DNA from: Acaryochloridaceae cyanobacterium VAR_48_metabat_390 | GTDB lineage: Bacteria > Cyanobacteriota > Cyanobacteriia > Thermosynechococcales > Thermosynechococcaceae | DNA: 64,000 nucleotides | Direction of reading: 5' to 3' | Assembly: GCA_031422435.1 (NCBI GenBank) | Contig: JANPLU010000107.1 | Coordinates: forward strand, 50,622-114,621 | Position numbers and translations under genes: made by a program | Notes under the pieces: generated by a model | Databases searched by the model: none | What the model saw: the letters and a program-made list of their open reading frames with translations, nothing else | Told to the model about the DNA's origin: nothing | Shown: positions 19,384 through 27,940 of the stretch, piece by piece | Layout: each line of letters opens with the position of its first letter | How positions within the stretch are numbered: position 1 is the stretch's first letter

Positions 19384-22110
19384 ATGAAGCGATTCATTTT
19401 GCCCAAAATTCGCTTTTTCCGTATAAAAACAATCGGAGCTAAATTATTTTTAGCCGTGATGGGCGGTGCATTTATCGGCTTAAGTAGCGCTGCTGTTCTA
19501 TATTATCGAGTGCTGGAGTACCAATCAGAAGTTCAGATTCGCAATGCTTTGAGCACAGAGGTCAATACGATTGAGGGTCAACTTACACCTGTTAAGCAGT
19601 CTTTGATTAACTTGGGCGGGATGGTGCAGCACCTCAAAGAGACTGGTGTTCAAGATATAGGTGCTTACCAAGCGATCGCACTGGACTTTTTTCTTAAGCG
19701 TCCACCGTTGGTGATGGGACAGTCTCTACAACAAACTTCTTATGCTATCTTTGCGGATCGCAAGTGGTATGCATCGTACCATTACGCAGATCAAAAAGTT
19801 GCGGGTCAGATTGGCAAGCGTCTCCCGTTCCCCAATGGCTCCGTTCTTGTTTCTGACTTAGTTAAAGAGGATAACGCCCCCAATCAAGCCTACTTCAAGG
19901 ACACCATCGCTGCTAGCCATGACACTTGGTTGGAACCCTACGATTGGTACGGCACTTCTATGACAACCTCCAACCACCTACTCTTAGATCGCCAAGGTCG
20001 ATTGCAGGGGTTTGTGTCGATGGATGTCAACGCGACCCAATTAAGTCAGACTATCTCTCCGACGGTTTTTCGTGACACGGGCTATTTTTTTGTGATGACG
20101 CAGCGGGGGAGACTGGTTTCCTATCCGCCCGATATGAGCAAGGTGCGCCAGAGTTATCGCAGCATCCCAACCCTTGCAACCATTTGGCCGCTGCTGCAAA
20201 AAGATACCGCAGGCTTATTCCAATCTAGTGGTCAATACTGGGCTTACCAGAGAATTCCCAGTACCCAGTGGATTATGCTGGCTGTTGTTCCTGAATCCGT
20301 TGTGTTCTGGCCGGTCTTAGCCATCACTTTGGGCGGGGCAGGCATTGCCGCTATTGTATTAGCGCTGGTGGTAATTGGTTTTGTGCAGTTTCTGAATCGT
20401 CGGTTAAAGCCCGTTCTAGACGAATGCTATCGACTGGAAGCAGAAGATTTTCAGCGATCAATCCGCCTAGGTCAAACCCTTGATGAACAGAGCGCGGCTC
20501 AGCAGAATCGGCTATTCAGTTTCAGCCATTTAGACGAACTGGAGATTTTGCAACAGGTATTCTGGCGGGTTACAGCTCAGTTAAAAGCCTCCTTTGATGA
20601 CTTAGAACTGCGTGTGGCAAAGCGTACAGCTCAGTTAGACGAAGCCAGACAATCTGCTGAAAATGCTAAAGAAGTGGCGATCGCCGCGAATCAATCTAAG
20701 AGCCAGTTTTTAGCCAACATGAGTCATGAGTTGCGTACACCTCTCAACGCCATCCTAGGGTTTGCGCAGCTTATGAATCGTGAAACCCTTTTGAATCAAG
20801 ATCATGGAGAAAATCTACAAATCATCATTCGCAGTGGAGAACGCTTACTTTCATTAATCAATGACATATTAGATATGTCAAAAATTGAAGCAGGTCGAGT
20901 CAGTCTCTACAAAAGCGACTTCAACCTTTTCAAGGTATTAGACTCTGTTAGAGAAATACTCAGCTTGAGAGCAAGCGTTAAAGAACTGAAGTTTATTTTT
21001 AACTACGCAGATAATCTCCCAACCTTCATTAATACAGACGAAAAAAAATTACATCAGGTTTTACTTAATCTTTTGGGTAATGCAGTCAAATTTACAGCGT
21101 CAGGATTTGTTTCCCTCAGTGTAGAGATAGATGACGTCAAGGTGATGCCCCATGATGTCAGCCATTACTTAAGGTTTGTCGTTGAAGACAGTGGCTCTGG
21201 CATCGCTGCTCATGAATTACCTACGCTGTTTGAAACGTTTGTCCAAACTGATTCAGGTCGAAAGGCTGAACAGGGGACAGGTTTAGGTCTTTCCATTAGT
21301 CGTAAATTTGTAGAACTGATGGAGGGGCGCATACAGGTCAGCAGCACGCTGGGACAAGGGTCACGGTTTGAGTTCACCATTCCCGTCAGGCTAAGTACGG
21401 CTGACGCTCAACCGAGACAGGCTCCCGTCCAGAGAGTGGTAGGACTCGTGAAGCCGCACCTGCGCTATCGCATTTTAGTGGTAGACGATCATCCAGAAAA
21501 CCGAAAGCTGTTGGTTAAGCTGCTCCAACCCATCGGCTTTGAGGTAAAAGAGGCAGCAAATGGGCAGGAGGCGATCGCCTGCTGGGAAGTGTGGCACCCC
21601 CATCTAATCTGGATGGACATGCGAATGCCCGTACTGAGCGGTTTTAATGCCACACAACACATCAAAGCTCATCCTCAAGGACAATCTACCGTTGTGATTG
21701 CCCTCACAGCCAGCACCCTGAGTGAAGAGATTCCCAGTTTTAAGTCAGCAGGCTGTAATGACTTTGTGCGTAAGCCTTTTCTGGAATATGAGATTTTTGA
21801 TAAAATTAGTCAACACTTAAATGTAGAGTACACCTTTGAAGCACTGGTTCCCATGCTACAGGAGGCAGTACAGCCGTTGACCTCTGTAGCGCTTAGCATA
21901 ATGCCTTCAAATTGGCTAGAAGAATTAGAAAAAGCGTCCAGCCTACTTGATGAAGAAACTATTCACGCTCTAATAAACAAAATTCCACAAGAACATAGCG
22001 ACTTAAAGAAATCAATTGAAAATAAAGTGAGTAACTTTGATTTTTACCATATTTTTACAACAGTGCAACAGGTAAAACTCTATAAAAATAAATCTAAAAG
22101 CCCTGCTTGA
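19384..22110 (+). CDS. Membrane hybrid sensor histidine kinase (TM-dCache-like-TM-HisKA-HATPase-REC)
   Basis: Two TMs flanking a periplasmic W.EPY...MD domain; SHELRTPLN, NLLGNAVKFT, GTGLGL; REC ILVVDD...WMDMRMP. Confidence 0.9.
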   Translation: MKRFILPKIRFFRIKTIGAKLFLAVMGGAFIGLSSAAVLYYRVLEYQSEVQIRNALSTEVNTIEGQLTPVKQSLINLGGMVQHLKETGVQDIGAYQAIALDFFLKRPPLVMGQSLQQTSYAIFADRKWYASYHYADQKVAGQIGKRLPFPNGSVLVSDLVKEDNAPNQAYFKDTIAASHDTWLEPYDWYGTSMTTSNHLLLDRQGRLQGFVSMDVNATQLSQTISPTVFRDTGYFFVMTQRGRLVSYPPDMSKVRQSYRSIPTLATIWPLLQKDTAGLFQSSGQYWAYQRIPSTQWIMLAVVPESVVFWPVLAITLGGAGIAAIVLALVVIGFVQFLNRRLKPVLDECYRLEAEDFQRSIRLGQTLDEQSAAQQNRLFSFSHLDELEILQQVFWRVTAQLKASFDDLELRVAKRTAQLDEARQSAENAKEVAIAANQSKSQFLANMSHELRTPLNAILGFAQLMNRETLLNQDHGENLQIIIRSGERLLSLINDILDMSKIEAGRVSLYKSDFNLFKVLDSVREILSLRASVKELKFIFNYADNLPTFINTDEKKLHQVLLNLLGNAVKFTASGFVSLSVEIDDVKVMPHDVSHYLRFVVEDSGSGIAAHELPTLFETFVQTDSGRKAEQGTGLGLSISRKFVELMEGRIQVSSTLGQGSRFEFTIPVRLSTADAQPRQAPVQRVVGLVKPHLRYRILVVDDHPENRKLLVKLLQPIGFEVKEAANGQEAIACWEVWHPHLIWMDMRMPVLSGFNATQHIKAHPQGQSTVVIALTASTLSEEIPSFKSAGCNDFVRKPFLEYEIFDKISQHLNVEYTFEALVPMLQEAVQPLTSVALSIMPSNWLEELEKASSLLDEETIHALINKIPQEHSDLKKSIENKVSNFDFYHIFTTVQQVKLYKNKSKSPA

Positions 22111-22149
22111 GATGCAGTCTTGAGGGTTGATAAGCAACCCGATAGCTCA

Positions 22150-22173
22150 TACCTGCTTCAGGAGAAGCAGGTA
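22150..22173. other. 10-bp hairpin downstream of the kinase gene (possible terminator or operator)
   Basis: tacctgcttc-agga-gaagcaggta. Confidence 0.5.
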
Positions 22174-22538
22174 AAGTCGAGTTTCCCTAAAAGTTGGGAA
22201 GACTAGAGTAGGTCTCAAGATATAAGATCAGACAACTGAAGATTCAGCCTACGGCAGTCTTTAGTCACCCCAAAGACGCCTAAATTAACCAAGCTATTTT
22301 TCTATTCTCTTCGACACTCAAAGTTTATCAAGCTATATGCCATCTCACTGTAAGTCACGGTAGCTATATTTATCGCAAAAATTACGCGACCGTACTATAT
22401 TTGAGGTAGGTTAAGCCATCGCTGTTTATAAGTGATTAAAAGTAGCCTAAGCTTTTTCTATTCAATCAATTTCCACCTCATTTAGACAGAATTTTTAAGA
22501 TCATATCTACTCGCTGGCTGCAAATCGCCGTATATGTT

Positions 22539-24443
22539 ATGAAGAGTTTAAAAACGGCTATTGATTCAAAAGGCAAGATTTTACTAGTTGATGATCGCCT
22601 TGAGAATCTTGAATTACTCTCTTCAATTCTGACTAAAGCTGGGTATGAAATAAGGCGAGCAATTAATGGCGCAACTGCATTGATGGGTGTCCGTTCTGCA
22701 CCGCCAGATCTAATTTTACTAGATATCAATATGCCCGATATGAATGGCTATGAGGTCTGTCGGGAGCTGAAGAGAGATATCCAGTATCAAGATATTCCTA
22801 TTATTTTTATTAGCGCACTAGATGATGGCTTAGATAAAGTAAAAGCTTTTTCAGCTGGAGGTGTTGACTACATTTCTAAGCCGTTTGAAATGATGGAAGT
22901 GCTAAGTCGAATTGAAAATCATCTCCAAATTAGAGCAGCAAGAACAAGGTTAAAACAGTTAAATACAGAACTTGAGCAGCGGGTAGCAGAGCGCACTTCC
23001 GAACTTACTATTGCAAAGGAAAGGCTAGAACAAGAAAATCTAGAGCGTCGAAAAGCTCAGGCCATGCTAGAGCGAATGGCGTGGCACGATCCGCTAACGG
23101 ATTTACCTAATCGCTTATGGCTCATGGGGAAGTTACAGGGGTTGATTGAGCATTCTAAACAAAACGCTGCCCATCAATTTGCAGTTCTGTTTCTGGACTG
23201 CGATCGCTTCAAGATCGTCAATGATTCACTCGGTCACATGATTGGAGACAAGCTGCTTGTGGAGATCGCACATCGGCTTTCAAGCTGTTTACCAACTAAA
23301 GCATCTATCGCACGGTTTGGCGGAGATGAATTTATTTTAGTACTGGAGGAAATTAATGATTTGGATGAAGCCAAACATCTGGCCGTACAGCTTCAAGAAG
23401 CTTTAGCTGCTTCCTTCAGCATAGAACCCCATGAAATGTATGTGAGTGCCAGCATTGGCATCGTTTTAGGGAGCCGCAGCGTTGATCATCCAGAAGATTT
23501 AGTGCGAGATGCAGACATTGCCATGTATCGCGCTAAGGCATTGGGTAGGGCTAGGTACTACATTTTTAACACGAACCTCTACAATAATGCCCAAAAACGC
23601 CTGCAGTTAGAAACAGACTTACGTCGAGCCGTGGAGCGGCAAGAATTTTTTCTTCAGTATCAACCCATCGTCTCTCTCAAAAATGGCAAAATTGAGGGGT
23701 TTGAGGCATTGGTGCGCTGGAATCATCCTAAGCAAGGTCTTATTTCCCCCTTAGATTTTATTTCAGTTGCCGAAGAAACAGGGCTAATTGTGCCTCTCGG
23801 GCAATGGGTTTTAGCAGAATCCTGTCGTCAATTTCAGGCTTGGAAAGCTGAATTAAAGGCAACTGCAATAGGCGAATACAGCGCAAAGACTTTTTCGTCG
23901 CTAAAGATCAGCGTTAATCTATCAGCCAAGCAGTTCTCACAACCGGGACTGATTGACGTAATTGATAAAATTTTTGAAGATACAGATTTTGAAAGCAGCA
24001 ATCTAAACTTAGAAATTACAGAAAGCGTACTCATGGACGACCCAGAATCAAACAGTTTGATTTTGGATGCACTGAAAGATCGGCATATTCAGCTTGCGAT
24101 AGATGATTTTGGAACTGGGTATTCTTCGTTGAGCTACTTACACCGTTTCTCAGTAGATATTCTTAAAATAGATCGGTCTTTTGTGAGTCGTCTTGGCTCT
24201 AATCGGGAAGGACTATGCATTATTGAAGCGATGACTTCAATGGCCCAAAGTTTAGACATTACGGTGGTTGCTGAAGGCGTTGAGACAATTGAGCAGGCTG
24301 CTCAACTCCGGCAGTTGGGGTGTGAATACGCCCAAGGCTACTGGTTTGGCAAACCAGTAGATCCAGAATCGGCAATAAAATTGCTATTATCTTGCCCAAA
24401 CTTTAATATTCCAAATTTCTCCAATTCATTGACCGATGCTTAA
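22539..24443 (+). CDS. REC-GGDEF-EAL diguanylate cyclase/phosphodiesterase
   Basis: LLDINMP receiver, HDPLTDLPNR, ARFGGDEF, GFEALVRW, IDDFGTGYSSLSYL. Confidence 0.93.
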   Translation: MKSLKTAIDSKGKILLVDDRLENLELLSSILTKAGYEIRRAINGATALMGVRSAPPDLILLDINMPDMNGYEVCRELKRDIQYQDIPIIFISALDDGLDKVKAFSAGGVDYISKPFEMMEVLSRIENHLQIRAARTRLKQLNTELEQRVAERTSELTIAKERLEQENLERRKAQAMLERMAWHDPLTDLPNRLWLMGKLQGLIEHSKQNAAHQFAVLFLDCDRFKIVNDSLGHMIGDKLLVEIAHRLSSCLPTKASIARFGGDEFILVLEEINDLDEAKHLAVQLQEALAASFSIEPHEMYVSASIGIVLGSRSVDHPEDLVRDADIAMYRAKALGRARYYIFNTNLYNNAQKRLQLETDLRRAVERQEFFLQYQPIVSLKNGKIEGFEALVRWNHPKQGLISPLDFISVAEETGLIVPLGQWVLAESCRQFQAWKAELKATAIGEYSAKTFSSLKISVNLSAKQFSQPGLIDVIDKIFEDTDFESSNLNLEITESVLMDDPESNSLILDALKDRHIQLAIDDFGTGYSSLSYLHRFSVDILKIDRSFVSRLGSNREGLCIIEAMTSMAQSLDITVVAEGVETIEQAAQLRQLGCEYAQGYWFGKPVDPESAIKLLLSCPNFNIPNFSNSLTDA

Positions 24444-24454
24444 TAATAACTCTT

Positions 24455-26791
24455 ATGTGTCAGCAGCCTTTTATTTTGGAGAATCGTATAGAGTATCTAT
24501 TAAAAAGGGACTGCACAATTCATAACCTTATCTTCTTTAAGAAGAGTTTATATCAATTCAAAAGCATGAATCATAAAATAAAGCTCAATAATATTCTACA
24601 TAACAGTTCAGCCAAAGAAAACTTTACAAATCAAAGAAAACGCATTAAAGTATTATGTTTTTCTGAAAATAAGGATTCAAGCAGTCAACGGGTATTTGAT
24701 TTAATTTTTCATCAAGTAAAGGCTGACGTTGAAGTTCACACCACAGACGACAACAAAAAGATACTCGACTATATTAGTCAACATAAAATTGAGCTTGTTT
24801 TAATTTATCAATCTTTATCTTGTGTAGAAAACCTAGATATACTTACAGGCACTATAGGACAGATTGACATCCCCATTATTAGCATTATTGATCAAGAAAA
24901 TGAGGCGATCGCCATGGCGGCGATCAATGCAGGTGCCCAAGACTACGTCACTCTAGAAGAAATTCGAGATACAACAATTCTTCAGCGAACTATTCAGCAC
25001 ACTCTTGTGCGGCACCGTCAAAAAATCCAGCAGAACCCGCAATTTCAGGCTATGCAAACCGATCCAGGTGATCGCAATCAAGCTGAAACACTTTCAAGAG
25101 AAAATGAAGAACGTTTCCGTCTTCTAGGAGAATGCGTTCCGTTTGGAATTTTTCAGACTGATCCCTTAGGACAGCCGATTTATACTAATGCTTATTTACA
25201 AAATTTTTGTCCATCAAAATCTGGAATAAACTTTAGGGAAGGTTGGATTGATAATCTTCATCCCGACGATCAGGCTTATTTGAAAAATATTGGTGCGCTG
25301 GAGTCTAGCAAAAATTTTGGACAGAGCTGGATGGACTCTATCCATCCAGATGATCGATGGGAAATTACACAATCTTTTGAAAACTTTATTCAGGGCATTG
25401 GTTCGTTTCATTGCGAATTTCGTCTAATTCGATCTCAGGACAACATCCGCTGGGTTTTAAGCCACGGGATTCCGCTGATAGAGCAGGACGGAAAACCGAT
25501 AGGCTATGCTGCCACCATTACTGACATTACAGTTCATAAACAAGCTGAAGAAAATCTTAAGCAACTCAACGTAGAGCTTGAAAGTCGAGTTCTCGAAAGA
25601 ACTTCAGATTTGCAAAAAGCTAACCTAGAGCTCAGAATTGGCAATAAGATCCGCGAGTTTCATGAAGCGGAACGACAAGGTGCTGAGCGAGCGCTTTATA
25701 AGGCGAATGAACAGCTTCAGGCAGTCCTTGATGCTGTCCCTGGCTGTGTAGCGTGGGTGAGCGCCGATATGCGCTATCTAGGAGTAAATCGCCTCATGGC
25801 AAAGGTTTTTCAGTTAGAAGCTAAAGATTTTATTGGAAAAGAAGTTAGATCTATTAAATCTAGTACTGAGGCATATATTAAATTCGCCGAACGTTTTTTC
25901 GCAAATTCAGAAGATAGCGTTAGTGGAGAGTTAGACTTCAAGTTTAGCAAAAACAATCATAAACATTACTTACTAATTGGTCAAAAATATGCGCAAGGAA
26001 AAGCTGCTGTTTTCGTAGCCATTGAAATTACAGAACGAAAGCGTGCAGAGATTGAAACTCAACATGCCTTAGAAAAAGTAAAAGAATTAAGTGAGCTTAA
26101 ATCTAGATTTATTTTTATGGTATCTCATGAATTTCGGACTCCTCTAACGTCAATTTTTACAGCAAGCGAATTGCTAGAGCATTATAGGCATAAGTGGCCT
26201 CCAGAGAAAGTTTTACAGTATCTCAAGCAAATTCAAGAATCCGTTGAACGGATGAACAGTTTACTAGAAGATGTTCTCATTATTGGGGCGGGAGAAGTCG
26301 GCAAATTAAAACTTCAGCCCAGCGAATTAGATATTGTTGATTTCTGCAAACACTTAATTGAGGAGGCTCAGCTCTCTAAACAAAATCGCCACATTTTTAA
26401 TTTCACTCATAGTACTCAAACGCAGCGGGTGATCATTGATGCAAAACTTTTACGGCACATTCTGTCAAATTTACTGTCAAATTCTATTAAATACTCTCCA
26501 GAGAAAATGCCCATCAGTCTAAATCTATGGGGGGATAGCACACACATTACGTTTCAAGTGGTCGATTATGGCATCGGCATCCCCCCTGAAGACCAAAAAC
26601 ATCTCTTTGAACTTTTTCATCGAGCCACCAATGTGGGCACAATAGGGGGAACTGGAATTGGTTTATCGATTGTCAAAAAATCGGTAGATGCCTTAGGGGG
26701 TGAGATTTCCTTTGAGAGTAGCGTCAATGCTGGTTCAACATTTACCGTCTTAATTCCAATTAATCAGGTCAAGAGGGAGTATCAGTGGTAG
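24455..26791 (+). CDS. Pseudo-REC/PAS/PAS cytoplasmic histidine kinase (start possibly 24566)
   Basis: AINAGAQDYV, PAS IHPDDR...ITDIT, VSHEFRTPLT, NLLSNSIKYS, GTGIGL. Confidence 0.88.
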   Translation: MCQQPFILENRIEYLLKRDCTIHNLIFFKKSLYQFKSMNHKIKLNNILHNSSAKENFTNQRKRIKVLCFSENKDSSSQRVFDLIFHQVKADVEVHTTDDNKKILDYISQHKIELVLIYQSLSCVENLDILTGTIGQIDIPIISIIDQENEAIAMAAINAGAQDYVTLEEIRDTTILQRTIQHTLVRHRQKIQQNPQFQAMQTDPGDRNQAETLSRENEERFRLLGECVPFGIFQTDPLGQPIYTNAYLQNFCPSKSGINFREGWIDNLHPDDQAYLKNIGALESSKNFGQSWMDSIHPDDRWEITQSFENFIQGIGSFHCEFRLIRSQDNIRWVLSHGIPLIEQDGKPIGYAATITDITVHKQAEENLKQLNVELESRVLERTSDLQKANLELRIGNKIREFHEAERQGAERALYKANEQLQAVLDAVPGCVAWVSADMRYLGVNRLMAKVFQLEAKDFIGKEVRSIKSSTEAYIKFAERFFANSEDSVSGELDFKFSKNNHKHYLLIGQKYAQGKAAVFVAIEITERKRAEIETQHALEKVKELSELKSRFIFMVSHEFRTPLTSIFTASELLEHYRHKWPPEKVLQYLKQIQESVERMNSLLEDVLIIGAGEVGKLKLQPSELDIVDFCKHLIEEAQLSKQNRHIFNFTHSTQTQRVIIDAKLLRHILSNLLSNSIKYSPEKMPISLNLWGDSTHITFQVVDYGIGIPPEDQKHLFELFHRATNVGTIGGTGIGLSIVKKSVDALGGEISFESSVNAGSTFTVLIPINQVKREYQW

Positions 26792-27924
26792 CCAAGATTC
26801 TTGTCATCGAAGATGAACTGAATGTGCGCGAAAATTTAGTTGAGCTTTTAGAAGCTGAAGATTTTGAGGTATTCTCAGCTAAAAATGGCTTTGAAGGCAT
26901 TTCTTTAGCTCAAGAGCATCGACCGGAACTGATTCTATGCGATATAACCATGCCAGAACTGGATGGTTATGATGTTCTTAGTAACCTCCGCCAAAATTCA
27001 GAAATAGCGATAACGCCTTTTATTTTTCTGACGGCAAAGGCAGCTACTGACGAAATAAGACAGGGTATGAATTTAGGGGCTGATGACTACCTTACAAAAC
27101 CTTTCAGCCGCAAAGAACTATTGACTACTATTCAGGCAAGATTATCTAAACAAGATATCTACACAAAAAATACTGATGCTCTATTAAATGATGTAGGAGA
27201 GAGATTAAACAATATAGGGCAGAAGTTTTCGTATTCTATCTCTGAAAAGATTTTTAATCCCTTAGATGAAATTTTGGGGGCTTCAGGAATTTTTGTCCAA
27301 GATTCAGATTCTATTGAGCCTAACGATATCAAGGAGCTGGGGAATGATATCCAAGCTAATGCTCATTTTTTGAAACGGGCTATTTTAAATGTATTTGTAT
27401 ACTTAAACATGGAGCTTTTGTTTCGCAACCCAGAAGCCCTAAAAATTATTCAGAACATTTACACCATGAAGCCTGGTGACTTTGTGTTCATGATTTCTAT
27501 GGAGATGGCAAAAAAATATGAATGTTCTAAAATTTTAACGGTAAAGGCAAGCAACGCTCGCCTTAAGATCGCAACCAATGATTGGAAGAAAATCATTGAA
27601 GCATCGAATAACTTTATTTTTTCTTTGCCCAGAGAAACCTCATCATCAATAAATATTGAGACGAGTATCATAGGCGATGCATTTCAGTATTCTATTTGCT
27701 TTAAGTCTAGTGAGCTACCTTTAAGTCTGGTTCATAAAGCTTCTCAATATGCAGTTCAAAATCAAGAATTTTATGAGGAATTAGATTCTAGCTTAGGTCT
27801 CCTTATTGTTCAGTGTATTGTTAGGCTTTACGGCGGTGATTTTACGATCAAAATTGATCAGAATCCTTGGGAAGAATCTCTTCTTTTGCTTATTTCCTTA
27901 CCCCTTGCTTCCCAAGAGGGATAG
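26785..27924 (+). CDS. Response regulator fused to a degenerate histidine-kinase module
   Basis: ILVIEDE, LCDITMP, GADDYLTKPF; H-box region reads SISEKIFNPL with no His. Confidence 0.8.
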   Translation: MVAKILVIEDELNVRENLVELLEAEDFEVFSAKNGFEGISLAQEHRPELILCDITMPELDGYDVLSNLRQNSEIAITPFIFLTAKAATDEIRQGMNLGADDYLTKPFSRKELLTTIQARLSKQDIYTKNTDALLNDVGERLNNIGQKFSYSISEKIFNPLDEILGASGIFVQDSDSIEPNDIKELGNDIQANAHFLKRAILNVFVYLNMELLFRNPEALKIIQNIYTMKPGDFVFMISMEMAKKYECSKILTVKASNARLKIATNDWKKIIEASNNFIFSLPRETSSSINIETSIIGDAFQYSICFKSSELPLSLVHKASQYAVQNQEFYEELDSSLGLLIVQCIVRLYGGDFTIKIDQNPWEESLLLLISLPLASQEG

Positions 27925-27940
27925 AGTTAAGAAAAAGCAT

